Source: Eledone cirrhosa
Lineage: Eukaryota
Reading direction: 5' to 3'
NCBI GenBank assembly: GCA_964016885.1
Contig: OZ024740.1
Coordinates: 390,476,001 to 390,540,000, forward strand
DNA length: 64,000 nucleotides
Below, piece by piece: positions 27,791-42,880 of this stretch. Position numbers and translations under genes: made by a program. Below the pieces are notes generated by a model. It was not told the origin of the DNA. It ran no database searches and saw only the letters and a program-made list of their open reading frames with translations. The stretch's first letter is position 1. The number at the start of each line of letters is the position of its first letter.

Positions 27791-30340
27791 ATATATATAT
27801 ATATATTATATATATATATACTATTGAAAGAATTGTACCCTTAAAATTCTTGTTGCAATATGATATATATTCTCTACATATATAGTCGCTATTCATTGTA
27901 GTGTTATATGTATACTCGTATATACCCACATACATATGCATGCTTACACGCGTGTGTGTGTGCGTGTACATGTGTGTGTGTGTACTTGTCTGTGTGCATA
28001 TGTGTGTAAGCTTGTCTGTGTGCATAACCTTTCATATCCGACTGGGTCAGCTTTGCAAACCAAACAGCTTAACGTGGTTATACGTATATATCATAATTTC
28101 TCACATATCTTTAATGAGTTAGACGTAAATTGAAATGTATAACTGAATCTGATACAATCTCACTATCAGCTACTTTACACTCAAGTGAAAATTTCTGATT
28201 GTCTCGCGTAACATTATACTGATCTAAGAAATGGGATCTAAAACAGTTTGACAGTAATAATGTACACAGTATTTTGAATCAGTTACAATAATATTCTTTG
28301 TCTATTTATTTCTGGAACGATTGTGGTGATAGGGTCCTCTCGCACGCCTTCTAGAGGGTCCTCTTCGAGGCAACTGTCTCCAATTGATCCGGTTTGATCC
28401 CCAACTGAGACAATGAGATAGATGGGACTGATGAGATAGATGCTGCTAATGATAAATTAAAGTTGCTGCAGGTCGACTATTGCAGAAAAAATAATTTTTT
28501 AAAGGATAGAATTCGCGTTTCGGAGAGGAAAAACTGGACGTAGAAGAATCGAAAATGAGTAACAAGAAGGAAAAGAAATGAAAAGAAATAGGAAAATGAA
28601 AAAAGGAAGAGAGAAAAAAAAACAAAAAAAAACGAAGGATCAAATTCAGCATGTATGTAAAACGACCTTAGAAGATGAGAAAACGGAGAAACGAAGATAA
28701 AAATAATCCAAGTATAAGAAGCTTTACAAAATTGTTGTCATATTGTTTTTGAATTACATGTTACTAATTGTGATTTGATGTCATTACATATATCATTCAA
28801 ACTATAGATTGTTCTACTTACCAACCAATTAATCAATGTTGCCATATTACATAAAAATAAATATACAAACATAGAACTTATTGTCTTTGAACTGCGATTA
28901 AATGATTGCCAATGCTTTCTTGTGTTATAATCACTATATATGTGTGGAACCTAGAAATGCTTGAGAAATTACAAATACTCAAATAAGTAGAATATATAAA
29001 ATTATCCGACTTTAGGCTCGGAATAAACTACTTGATGAGGTTCGATTGCCAACCCCGTTCGAAGTAGGCCCCTTGTGTGTGCCTGCACACAATTAGCTCG
29101 GCGAACCTTCCACTGTTCGAAGCATATCTGGTAGCCTTTCTTTATTTGCCTTTCTTTGCTAATCAACCCTGATTTTCCCGCCACGAATGAACCAAGCTGC
29201 TGTCATGATGCAGCTGTTAGTTTTATGAGGTTCACAGACCCGGTCCATAGCGCTGAACTCCATCACGAAGACGTTGGAGAACTTCTTGATAGCACTCCTT
29301 TCGAACTATTTGTCCTTATAGTGTGTAAATAAAAAAATCAAATAAACAACTAAATATACCGTGGGTTCGTTCCTCCAATAACATAAATGATGACAAAAAA
29401 ATTTAAACGAAAAGGTTACTGTTCATAATTGTTTTCTGTTTCAACCTATGTAGCAGGAGTAACAGCAGTTAAAAGAAGGATCGGTGAATAATTGACATGC
29501 TTTATTGGTTAGCTGGTTGCACAAAGAAATTTAAAAACGAAGTCTATTCATATTTTCTAACATAGGCAAAACCAGACATCTTTGGGGAGGTAATAATCTA
29601 TTATATCGATTAATATACTCGACTGGTAACTATTTAACGGCATTGGAACGATGAAAGGCAAAATCAACTTTGGTGGTTTGTGAAATGCCGCACGGCATTG
29701 TGTCAAATTCTGTATCTATTCTGCAGTAATTTCATCAGCTGGTCACAAGTGCTATAAAGCAAGATGTGAACTTCTGATGATATGAGCTATAAGACAGTTT
29801 CCATTTGTGGTTGTTGCCATTTTATCTCATTTAAGTCGCAAATGAATGTGAGAAAGGCTAAAGAACGCAAACATTGACACATTTTCTCTTCCTTTATAGA
29901 CATCGTATTTCGATGCCAATGTACAAAATTGGTACGACAGTAATTTACCCAAAATACCTATATTTACCCATTATATCATATTATCATATAATACCATCAA
30001 TGATGTTTGTTGAAAAACAGTCTTTCATTTATTATCGATATAAATATAATTCATGTGTTTCGCCATGTTTTCACGTGTTTCGCCATGTTTTCTTCTTAGT
30101 TTTAACACTTAGGAAATTAAAAGTTTAGGAAGCCATTGATAAGAAACGGCTTTTTTGACGGCAAATCTATGGTATTACACGATAATAGCATATAATGGGT
30201 AAACAGAGGCATTTTGAGAAAATATAAATATATAGTTAAAGAACACAGCATAAACTATTAGTTCAGGTAATATTTGCAATTTAATGAATATAAAAATATA
30301 TTTAATAACTGTTATTCTATTAAAGTAAAACGCATTGTAT

Positions 30341-30387
<47 letters not shown>

Positions 30388-30472
30388 GTATGTTTATGGT
30401 GTATATATATATATATCTATATATGCCCACACACACAAAATATATGTCAGACGAAGACTGGGTCTTATTATT

Positions 30473-30642
30473 AGGCGGTGGATTGGCAGAATCGTTGCAA
30501 CATAGAGTTACGCCCCTTTACGTTCTGAGTTCAAAGTCCTGCCGCGATTAACTTTGCCTTTCATCCTTACAAGGTTGATAAAATAAAGTACCAGTATTGC
30601 ATTGGGATAATTGCTAGCCTTGTGCCAAAAGTAGAAACAATT
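30473..30642 (+). mobile_element. tRNA-derived SINE
   Basis: GGCGGTGGATTGGCAGAATCG..GTTCAAA..GCCTTTCATCC..GATAAAATAAAGTACCAG. Confidence 0.85.
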
Positions 30643-31105
30643 ATTCTCTTGTGTCTCTTGGCAAAACCGTTTATAAACAGAATGATTGTTGCTGCACAAA
30701 GACTGAAACCAAATGTCGCCATAGCCGAGCAGTGAAAACAAACATTTGGTTCTCAGCAGTCGACCTTCTGTTAGTCAATGTCGACGACTTTAATGCCAAC
30801 ACCATTTCATATCAAAGTAATACTTATATGAATTAAATTAGCCCCTAGAAGCAATACTTACATATACACAGACACTAACAAACACACACGCGTATGTTGT
30901 TGATGCTGTTGATGTTAAATCACGATATAGGCAGTTGGCTGGAAAGTGAGTAAATGGTGGATGGCCGGTGAGTACGAAAGATTGCTAGAAATAGCTCACT
31001 TTTCAACGTAGTTTTTTTTCTCTCGCTTACTTGTACCTATTTTGAATTTATAACACTTTAATTTACTTCATCGAGCAAAAATTGTAATTGATGGAGAACC
31101 CTTGA

Positions 31106-31170
<65 letters not shown>

Positions 31171-31175
<5 letters not shown>

Positions 31176-31390
31176 TTTCTTATATAGGTACAAGGCCAGT
31201 GATTTTGGGGGAGGGGAAAGTCGGTTAAATCGATCCCAGTGCGTGACTGGTACTTTATTTTATCGACCCCGTGAGGATGAAAGGCAAAGTTAACCTCGGC
31301 GGGATTTGAACTCAGATCATAAAGGGCCGTAACTCTTTGCTGCAAAGCATGGCGTCCGACCCTCTACCGATACTGCCAATCCACCGCCCT
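31171..31390 (-). mobile_element. Full-length tRNA-derived SINE (long-tail subfamily)
   Basis: A and B boxes, body, and tail GGTTTCTTATATAGG. Confidence 0.9.
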
Positions 31391-31397
31391 ATATATA

Positions 31398-33154
31398 TCT
31401 AATATATATTTGTGAAATGGGCGGTGGTTGAAATTCAGATGTGCACGGTTAAATGGTAGTAGACGTGGTCGGACGGACAGGAAAATTTACACACCTATGT
31501 AAAAAGTGCCAAGGAAGCAAATAGATGAGGTTTCAAATCTCTAACTTGAAAAATGTGGTCCCTGGGGCCCCAAAACTATCGCGTTCGGTGAGTTATTTCC
31601 CCCTGTTCTAATACTTTTATCTAAAAATCATATCAAAGACAACGTTATTTCGCTGTTAATAAACTTTTGGCTACTACAGTACGTTTCATTTTCATTTTTA
31701 AAATACATTTGCTCTATATTAAATTTAAATAATTCTATAACGATCATACAGTACTGTTTTATGAAATTGATTCTGCAGTAGAATTTTACGAAATGCCAAA
31801 ACGAAAAAGGTAACTGTTTTCTAACAAAAGAAATAAAACCCTTACATTGCGAACCCCTTGTTCTAATACTGGGGTTAGTTATTTCCCCCTCTTCTAATAA
31901 ATATCTAATATATAGAGTCCCCTCTTGCTGACCAGGGCAATCAAAGTGTAAACTATCATACAGTACCGTTTTATGAAATCAATTCTGCAGTAGCATTTTA
32001 CGAAATGCCAAACAGTAAACAGTCGGTTTTCCATCAAAAGAAATAAAACCCTTAAATTGCGAAGAAGGGAGTCATGTTCTCAAGTACGTTTTTTCAGATA
32101 TCATTTTCATTTTATTTCTAATACATGTTAGCCACCACTAACAGTAAGTAGTATTTTTCAATTCATTGTCTTATTTAAAATAACATGTCAAAGACAACGT
32201 TATTTCGCTGTTAATAAACTTTTGGCTACTACAAGTTTCCATGGTTACGGAGAAAATCGATGAAACAGGAATTTCCCATTCAAATTGAACTGAGAGTAAT
32301 CTGTGAACGCAGAAGTAAATATTTCGAGAAACGTTGCAACCGAACGAAAACAGGAAGACGATATTTTGGTTCGTGAAGACGTTCCCTGGCAATGAACGGG
32401 AAAAAAGCGAGTATAATACATCGTTATGTGGAGCCTGAAGAACAATTTCATGCAAAGACAAGACCAAGTTTATGGTATAAATGGAGTCGTTAGACTAATA
32501 TTCTATTTAAAATAACAGAATGATTTCCAGCCCCGGAGTTTAAGAATGATGTAAATAAAATTGAAAACGAAAATGACAGAGGTTATTAAAATAGTAAAAG
32601 TAAATAGTGAAGATTTAGGCCAGTACATACGTATGCCCCGACGGACATACACATATATACGCACACACAAATACACACACACACACACACACACACACAC
32701 GCGCACACGCATACGCACACGCACACACACGAACGCACGCGCGTATGTATAAACCTTATGCATTTCTACAGTATTTTCACCAAACTTAAGACATAGGTTA
32801 CTTATGTACTCCGGATGGTCATGGGCGCTGTCATTTTTCCAGATATTGATTATTACCCCCCCCCCCCGGTAGATAACTCCTTTAACCACTTTAACCACTT
32901 CCTTGTGCAATGCAACAAAACGTCATAACTTCTGGAGTTCGCAACCGATTTTCACAAAACTTGACACATGGGCTACGTTTGTCCTACATAATTGGCACAT
33001 ATTGGGTAGGGGACCCCTGGGGGCAGGAACCCCCTTTTGGAAAAATCGGATGATTTTGTAAAAGTATAGTTTTCGAAGCATCACTGAAGTATTGACATAA
33101 ATGGTATACACAATTGCTATTTAATATCCGAGCAACGCCGGGTACCTCTCCTAG
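31398..33154 (+). mobile_element. Non-autonomous Helitron-like element
   Basis: 5' TC after A; 3' CCGAGCAACGCCGGGTA..CTAG followed by T; internal duplications; 32300-32420 matches 50925-51025 inverted. Confidence 0.65.
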
Positions 33155-33554
33155 TATATATATATATATATTATAGCCTCACGTTGGCCCACGTCGCTTG
33201 ATTGAATTTATATGTCATAACGAATCTCTCTAACAATTACATTTATAGTATGCATGTTTATGGCATACAGAATCGATTACACGTTAATTTTATGAGTAGG
33301 CGAAATCGACGGAAGTCCATTTAAGTTTGCACACACACAGGCACACATACATGCACATACATATATACATGTTATCATTATCGGAGAAACCAGTCGGTAT
33401 TATCTTTATTTTTCAAACTGTTTGCTTATTTCTTTATAATTATGTTATTTTAATGATTAGCTTTTATGATCTGGTTAAAATATTATTCTTTGAACAGTGG
33501 AAATATCTTGGAGCTGTGAGATAGAACAAACCAGACGAACGATTATCAAAAAGG

Positions 33555-34762
33555 ATTGTTATTTATTTTCATTTTCAAATATCGTTCTGATGTATTCTAT
33601 TGATCGAGTATATTTTGCACTGAAATACTGTTAAATTTCTGTATAGATAAGTACCGATAAAAGAAGACACACAATAGTGCTCTGGGGAAATATTCCAATA
33701 TGCAGTATTAAATAGTTGTTAGAGAAGAGCTCTTTGAAGTTTCCAGAGATTACAGTCATCTCATTTGGATTTAACACTCCAAGGCAGCATTTGAACTCAA
33801 ACCTTATAGAGGTGTAACTAGATATTGGTTTCTAACATAAGAATATCTTCGGAGAGGTTATAGTCAAGTATAATTTACTATAACCTCTGTTTTATCTCCG
33901 ATATTTTGTTTATAAGGTACTCATACTCGGGGCCACAATAATTCCTTTTTAGGTATCCTTTCTCTCTTTCTTTCCAATTATGTTTTACATCTCCCGGATA
34001 TTCATCATGTCCTCATTGCCAAAGACGAGGAGGTAGTGCTGTTGGCTGAAAGAGGGGAGGGAAGGCTCTCGTTCGGCGAGGACGAGGTGAACACTGAAGT
34101 CCCTTGATATTTGCTGTTGTTGTTGCTGTTGACCACTCTCTTTTGCCACCCCTCTTTACTACCACCATTGTTAATGACCGGTATAAATGGTCCATGGGAG
34201 TCCATTTTTTGGCACTGATGGTGGGGTGGTTTCTCTAGCAATTTCAGAGTTTGGAACAGTGGTGTTCTGAGGACAGAAGCATCTTCTGATACTTGTTATC
34301 GATGTCTCTACTGCAGTTCTCTTTCCTTCTGGCTTTGCTGCTCTTATGTGCAGAAAACGTTCAAGTGAAAATTGCTGTCACAAGTATAACAGTTGGACTT
34401 TCTTATCTACATCGCTAGTCTCACTGGGAATATTTCTATGCCTCAGGTTGAGTACAGCTTTAGAATAAGTTTGTGGTCACGAGAAGTCATAAGTATTTGC
34501 AATTCCATACTGATGACCCTGATCACATGAGCTTTCTTGTCACTAGGAGTGTTAAATCCAAGTGTAAAATGATTGTGATCTCTTGAAATTTCAAAGAGCT
34601 CTTCTCGAGCAACTATTTAATATTGCATATTTAAAAAATTCCCAGACCACTACAGTGTGTCTTCTTTTATCGCTACTAATCTATACAGAGTATTTCAGTG
34701 AAAAATGCACTCGACCAATAGGATACATCAGAACGATATTTGAAAATGAAAATAAATAACAA
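33555..34762 (-). mobile_element. Old LINE ORF1 remnant with a zinc knuckle and a ~220-bp inverted duplication
   Basis: CYTCDSNFHLNVFC (CX2CX4HX4C) at 34350-34391 on minus; 33555-33780 is an imperfect reverse complement of 34546-34762. Confidence 0.7.
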
Positions 34763-34943
34763 ACCGGCCATATTTCGCTACAGTACTCCTACCTGTCACC
34801 TTAGTTTTGGATTGACCTATTTACTGTGTAGTACACGTCGAATTCAGCTGGACATTGTCCCCAGGCCAAACATCAGACAGACACTAACTTACAATTTGCT
34901 TTCTTAATGAACAAAATGGTGTTCCACATATAAGTTAGGCCTT

Positions 34944-34978
<35 letters not shown>

Positions 34979-34982
34979 CACA

Positions 34983-35071
<89 letters not shown>

Positions 35072-35274
35072 TCACACAGACACACACACAGACACACATA
35101 TACATATATATACACATCTATGTATTTATCTCTCTCTCTATATATATATACATATATATAGTAATAATAATAAATTTGAAGACTAAAATCCAAAGAGGGC
35201 TCGATCAGAAGATCCCGCTAAGGGTGAAAGTAGCGATTCCTTGCTTAAACTTGAATCTGTTTTTTAATAAATAT

Positions 35275-35366
<92 letters not shown>

Positions 35367-35642
35367 TGTGTGTGTGCGTGTTACTTTATTTATTGACTCA
35401 CAGAAGAATGACAGCCAAAGTTGACCCCATAGCGGAAAACCAGAACAAAAACTGCAAAACATTTCAGTCGACGTTCTTGCAACCTGGCCAACCTACTCCA
35501 AATATTATATATAACGTGTCAAAAGATATTATGTCGTACATCTACAAATTGGTCATTGACACAGAAATGGTTGACTATACATAATCTAAAATATTCATCA
35601 CGTGTATGACGCCAATTCAAACAAAAATCGAAATGTGTATGG

Positions 35643-38600
35643 ATACATTATCAACCCCATGGTCAGCTTAAATACAATATCAACCCCATGGTCAGCTTAA
35701 ATACAATATCAACCCCATGGTCAGCTTAAATACAATATCAACCCCATCGTCAGCTCAAATGCAATATCAACCCCATGGTCAGCTTAAATACAATATCAAC
35801 CCCATGGTCAGCTTAAATACAATATCAACCCCATGGTCAGCTTAAAGACAATATCAACCCCATCGTCAGCTCAAATGCAATATCAACCCCATCGTCAGCT
35901 TAAATACAATATCAACGCCATGGTCAGCTTAAATACAATATCAACCCCATCGTCAGCTTAAATACAATATCAACGCCATGGTCAGCTTAAATACAATATC
36001 AACCACATGGTCAGCTTAAATACAATATCAACGCCATGGTCAGCTTAAATACAATATCAACCCCATGGTCAGCTTAAATACAATATCAACCCCATCGTCA
36101 GCTTAAATACAATATCAACCCCATCGTCAGCTTAAATACATTATCAACCCCATGGTCAGCTTAAATACAATATCAACGCCATGGTCAGCTTAAATACATT
36201 ATCAACCCCATGGTCAGCTTAAATACAATATCAACCCCATGGTCAGCTTAAATACATTATCAACCCCATGGTCAGCTTAAATACATTATCAACCCCATCG
36301 TCAGCTTAAATACAATATCAACTCCATGGTCAGCTTAAATACAATATCAACGCCATGGTCAGCTTAAATACAATATCAACCCCATCGTCAGCTTAAATAC
36401 ATTATCAACCCCATGGTCAGCTTAAATACAATATCAACGCCATGGTCAGCTTAAATACATTATCAACCCCATGGTCAGCTTAAATACAATATCAACCCCA
36501 TCGTCAGCTTAAATACATTATCAACCCCATGGTCAGCTTAAATACAATATCAACCCCATCGTCATCTTAAATACAATATCAACGCCATGGTCAGCTTAAA
36601 TACAATATCAACGCCATGGTCAGCTTAAATACAATATCAACGCCATGGTCAGCTTAAATACATTATCAACCCCATGGTCAGCTTAAATACAATATCAACC
36701 CCATGGTCAGCTTAAATACATTATCAACCCCATGGTCAGCTTAAATACATTATCAACCCCATGGTCAGCTTAAATACAATATCAACGCCATGGTCAGCTT
36801 AAATACAATATCAACCCCATGGTCAACTTAAATACAATATCAACCCCATGGTCAGCTTAAATACAATATCAACCCCATGGTCAGCTTAAATACATTATCA
36901 ACCCCATGGTCAGCTTAAATACATTATCAACCCCATGGTCAGCTTAAATACAATATCAACCCCATGGTCAGCTTAAATACAATATCAACCCCATGGTCAG
37001 CTTAAATACATTATCAACCCCATGGTCAGTTTAAATACAATATCAACCCCATCGTCAGCTTAAATACAATATCAACCCCATGGTCAGCTTAAATACAATA
37101 TCAACCCCATGGTCAGCCTAAATACAATATCAACACCATGGTCAGCTTAAATACATTATCAACCCCATGGTCAGCTTAAATACAATATCAACCCCATGGT
37201 CAGCTTAAATACAATATCAACCCCATGGTCAGCTTAAATACAATATCAACCCCATGGTCAGCTTAAATACATTATCAACCCCATCGTCAGCTTAAATAGA
37301 TTATCAACCCCATGGTCAGCTTAAATACAATATCAACCCCATGGTCAGCTTAAATACATTATCAACCCCATCGTCAGCTTAAAACCATAATCACCCCCAT
37401 CATCAGCTTAAATACAATATCAACCCATGGTCAGCTTAAATACAATATCAACCCCATGGTCAGCTTAAATACAATATCAACCCCATGGTCAGCTTAAATA
37501 CATTATCAACCCCATGGTCAGCTTAAATACAATATCAACCCCATGGTCAGCTTAAATACAATATCAACGCCATGGTCAGCTTAAATACATTATCAACCCC
37601 ATCGTCAGCTTAAATACATTATCAACCCCATCGTCAGCTTAAATAGATTATCAACCCCATGGTCAGCTTAAATACAATATCAACCCCATGATCAGCTTAA
37701 ATACAATATCAACCCCATCGTCAGCTTAAATAGATTATCAACCCCATGGTCAGCTTAAATACAATATCAACGCCATGGTCAGCTTAAATACAATATCAAC
37801 CCCATGGTCAGCTTAAATACATTATCAACCCCATCGTCAGCTTAAATACATTATCAACCCCATCGTCAGCTTAAATAGATTATCAACCCCATGGTCAGCT
37901 TAAATACAATATCAACCCCATGGTCAGCTTAAATACAATATCAATCCCATCGTCAGCTTAAATAGATTATCAACCCCATGGTCAGCTTAAATACAATATC
38001 AACGCCATGGTCAGCTTAAATACAATATCAACCCCATGGTCAGCTTAAATACATTATCAACCCCATCGTCAGCTTAAATAGATTATCAACCCCATGGTCA
38101 GCTTAAATACAATATCAACCCCATGGTCAGCTTAAATACAATATCAACCCCATGGTCAGCTTAAATACATTATCAACCCCATGGTCAGCTTAAATACATT
38201 ATCAACCCCATCGTCAGCTTAAATACATTATCAACCCCATCGTCAGCTTAAATACATTATCAACCCCATCGTCAGCTTAAATACATTATCAACGCCATCG
38301 TCAGCTTAAATACATTATCAACCCCATGGTCAGCTTAAATACAATATCAACCCCATGGTCAGCTTAAATACAATATCAACCCCATGGTCAGCTTAAATAC
38401 AATATCAACCCCATCGTCAGCTTAAATACAATATCAACCCCATCGTCAGCTTAAATACATTATCAACCCCATGGTCAGCTTAAATACAATATCAACCCCA
38501 TCGTCAGCTTAAATACATTATCAACCCCATCGTCAGCTTAAAACCATAATCACCCCCATTATCAGCTTAAATACAATATCAACCCATGGTCAGCTTAAAT

Positions 38601-38890
38601 ACAATATCAACCCATGGTCAGCTTAAATATAATATCAACCCCATGGTCAGCTTAAATATAATATCAACCCCATGGTCAGCTTAAATACAATATCAACCCC
38701 ATGGTCAGCTTAAATACAATATCAACCCCATGGTCAGCTTAAATACATTACCAACCCCATGGTTAGCTTAAATACAATATCAACCCCATCGTCAGCTTAA
38801 ATACAATATCAACCCCATCGTCAGCTTAAAACCATAATCACCCCCATGGTCAGCTTAAATACAATATCAACCCCATCGTCAGCTTAAAAC
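35643..38890. repeat. 29-bp minisatellite, ~112 units (ATCAACCCCATGGTCAGCTTAAATACAAT)
   Basis: Unit starts at 35650, 35679 and onward; no spacers. Confidence 0.98.
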
Positions 38891-39359
38891 CAATCTGGTG
38901 GGGTGATTGATCAGCACTGCTTTATTCTATTACGTTTAGCAGTTACATAACCATGACAATTCAGACGGAGTATTGTGGGAGCATTGTGGGATAGCTTCAC
39001 GTTGATGGCTCTATCTAATGGTTTATTAGTTAGTGTTTCCGATCCGCCCTCGACAATCTACATGGCATATTGATTTAATCTAATCTAATCTGGCCGAGTT
39101 TACACTCGCAAATAAGAAGAACCAGGGCCGCCTCTAGGAGCATTGGATTTGGTGTACTTCATATTTGTTTCGGTTGCTGAATACAATCATGGGTCACTGC
39201 TTCTCATGAAAGTCAATAGTTCTCTTCTAACACGAGCGGGAGCGCCTTTCCATTGTCAATTTACATTGATCATCTGCAAAGCTGCATTGATCTCAGAACC
39301 ACTACACTAGTCTTTCGATGCGTACAGCTGGAACTATTGCCACCCATTGATTTGGCTGG

Positions 39360-39564
39360 GTTTTTGTTTTTAGATGACCGTTGACTCTTATGAGTTCTTC
39401 CACCCTTTGTCAGGTTTTGTTTTTTGTCCTCCAGGGTGTCCAAAATCACCCTCCTCACCAAGTAAACTTGGTGGGGTTGCCGGTTTAGTCGACGACGACC
39501 CGACCACGCGACAGATTGTACTAGGTTACATGTTACCAGTAGCACTCAAGAGTGACCTGGCATA
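39360..39564 (-). mobile_element. Diverged 5' head of the ~610-bp element family joined to a different body
   Basis: Reverse complement reads GCCAGGTCAC..GTGCTACTGGTAACATGTA..GGCAACCCCACCAAG..GAGTCAACGGTCATC. Confidence 0.8.
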
Positions 39565-40700
39565 TTGAACAGATCATGAAATGAATCAACTAGCTTAAAA
39601 CTATGTGGCTTACTGACAATTCAGACATAAGCTAAATATTTTTCTACAATATGCGTGTACGTGCATTAAATAAATAAATATTAATTAGTATATTGGACTA
39701 ATTGATTTACATTGCATACACATACGTACGCACACACACACATACACAGCAACACAAGCACACACGTATGATATGTTTACATGGATGTATGGCGTAACTC
39801 GTTATGAGTCTCTACCAAAGACAACGTGATTCTAGTATGCATATATTAAGTACGGAGTTCATCCGCCTTCGAGTTTATTGACTATGGTTTGAAGTTATAA
39901 TATATTATTCATATTCCTAAGAACTAACCACATCTGAACGGACGTCACAAGAATCAGCGATTAAAATATCTTTTAAACCGAGATCTTGTAATTGCTAAAC
40001 TTTATTCATTTACAACGTTAGCACGTGGTTAAAGACTTACTTAATGTAAGTGGCGAATTGGCGGAGTCGTTAGAGCGTAGAAGAAATGTCCATCATGTAT
40101 TTCTTCTGGCTTTTGGTGCTCTGAGTTCAAATCTCGTCATGGTTAACTTTGGCTGTCATCTCAGGATCAATAAAATAAAATATCAGTATAAAACAGTTAG
40201 TTGATTTATGGAATATCAGAGTGTTTGACGAGATACCTTTCGGTATTTGCTCTGGCTATTTGTATTCTGCCCGTCGATAAACATCGCCACTGAGTCCTGT
40301 GATGCAGAGAGCCCGAAGAAATACCCCTTGACACTTTGTCGTACACTCTAACCAAATATCTCCTTATAAAAGTATTGAAAGAAAACTATCAATATTGACT
40401 TTTTAGGGATACATTAATGTTTAAGCAGGCTAAGTAGGTTGCAAAGGAATCGTGAAAAAGATTTTAGAATTATAGTTTTATATTTTCACTTTATAAAGTT
40501 GTTGACAATGAACATTCTTTATTGCTGAGTTTAACCATCGGCATACTTTTGCCAAATAAATTCCTGAAGTCTATCTTATTCAAAGTGTTAAAGAAACAGT
40601 TGTCTCATTTGTTCGAGTAAAAGATATTTTTAAATTGTTCAATATCTACAATAAAAACACTTCTAACGAGCAGAGGAGCGAGCACACACACGTGCATCCC

Positions 40701-40735
<35 letters not shown>

Positions 40736-40753
40736 TCACACATATATATATAT

Positions 40754-40792
<39 letters not shown>

Positions 40793-41049
40793 CATGCATA
40801 ACATGTCCATGTGTACAAAACTCAATTTTGATTCCGCTTTGAATCTACTCTCTCCATTTAAAGTTACAATGCTATTGGCCCCTGCAAATATATTTCTTCA
40901 TTAAAACTCTCTGGAAACAGAACAAATACTTTATAATTTATAAATGACATGGATGTGAATGTTGTGCTTATTTGGTGGCTTTTGAGATTCATGAAAATGG
41001 TTTTGCTATTTAAATGAATTTGCTGCATTTTAAGAAATGGTTTCAATAA

Positions 41050-41230
41050 TAATTGTTTCTACTTTTGGCACGAGGCCAGCATTTCACCAGTGCATTACTG
41101 GTACTTTATTTTATCGACCACGGAAGGATGAAAGGCAAAGTTAACCTCGGCGGGATTTGAACTTAGATCATAAAGGGCCGTAACTCTATACTGCAAAGCA
41201 TGGTATCCGACTCTCTACCGATACTGCCAT
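41050..41230 (-). mobile_element. tRNA-derived SINE
   Basis: Family match. Confidence 0.87.
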
Positions 41231-42696
41231 AATGGTTTCTTATTAAGGCACGTTCGTCATACTCGTTCGTTCCATAGCACATGTTGTTTATCTGATCACT
41301 CTCTGTTGCGTTGTAAGGTATCATTTCAATTTCAGGTAAAGCATAGAAGACACCATGTAACATTTCTTAAACGAATAAATGTTCTGTCACTTGATGCTGA
41401 AAGAAAAGCTAGGCTGTCTCAATTGCTCGATGTGCAGCTAAAACGAATTCGGAGATTATTAATAATATATTGGTAGATCCACTATGTATGTAAGTATGTA
41501 TGCATGAACCTGTAACTCATAATAGAGTCGCAGGGAGGACGTTGTGACACACAACGTTTCCTGGGCATTCTTAAATCTGACGGAGCCCATCCCCTCTCAA
41601 GGTCTCAACATAGCCAATTTCTTCCAGAGAAGGAGAAAGAGTGATAGAGAGGAAGGGAGAACAAGATATAGAGGAAGTATCGACTGGACTGGGACATTTT
41701 TATCCGGCTCAAAAGAATGAAAAGCAAAGTTGACCTCGGGATTTGCACTCAGTGCCAAGAGCCGGAACGAATACCTCCAACCATTCTCTCCGACATTCTA
41801 ACGACTCTACTAATTCGCCGCCTATCAGATTTAGGGTAGGCGTTAGAAAATAAAAGCGATAGTTACTGCTTTAACATTTTGATCATAGAGTTATTACATC
41901 AATGTGGAACTAAACAAGAACATTTGGCCATGTAGTACAAGTTGACATAGATGGTATTAAATTTTCTAGTAGATTTCCGTTTGCCCACAGTACCTCTTAT
42001 CATAGAATGTTTATCTGACTACAAACTGTATTTTTAACCAGATAATTATTTCATGACCTAATAATCTTTGAACACATAACTTTGTAAAAAAATGCTTTTT
42101 ACAGACACGGTGAGAATATGACAAAGAGATCACTGTTAATTTGTTTGACCTTATTCAGACATGGCCTTCTTTATTTATTTCTATTAAATATATATATTTA
42201 ATTGTGTGTTTGCTTTGTGTCGGATGTTTGGGTGGGTATGTGTACGCGACTGGGTGAGTGTATGTGTATGTGTATGTATGTATGCATACCTACACAGATA
42301 GACACACACACATATATGTATATATATATATATATATATGTATACAAGTATGAAGTAACTATAAGGTTATATCAAATACGTAAACACACAGGTCTCTTGC
42401 TCTACGGTTTTATATATATTTTTATATATATATATATATATAGTTGGTGTAGCGTTGCAGGTAAATGATATATATATATCTGCATTTATATACATACACA
42501 TACTTATGTACACTGATGTATATGTATATACTTTCAAATATATTTTTAAAATAATAATATATAAGAAAAATAATAGAGTTGCTTGAAGAGAAGCTGCGAT
42601 TGAGAATATTTAAACTTAATGTGTTTTTACAGACAGAAATATAGCGAGGAAACTTTTAAAGGTTAGAAGAAAGGTTATAATGTACATATGTATACA

Positions 42697-42880
42697 CAAT
42701 GGCCATTAACAAGTCCCAAGGTCAAACCCTGCAGGTTGTCGGTCTCTATCTAGAAGAGGTATGTTTCTCACATAGTCAATTGTATCTAGGTTATTCCAGA
42801 CAAGGAAAACCCCACAAACTCTTCATATACACTCAAAAGAAAAAAAGTTAAAAACATTGTATATACTGAAGTTCTGTAAA
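42697..42880 (+). pseudogene. Helitron Pif1-like helicase C-terminal fragment
   Basis: TMAINKSQGQTLQVVGLYLEEVCFSHSQLYLGYSR. Confidence 0.8.

Noticed and set aside
35643-38890. CRISPR-like appearance of 29-bp repeats
   Set aside because: Units are contiguous with no spacers, there are no cas genes, and the context is eukaryotic
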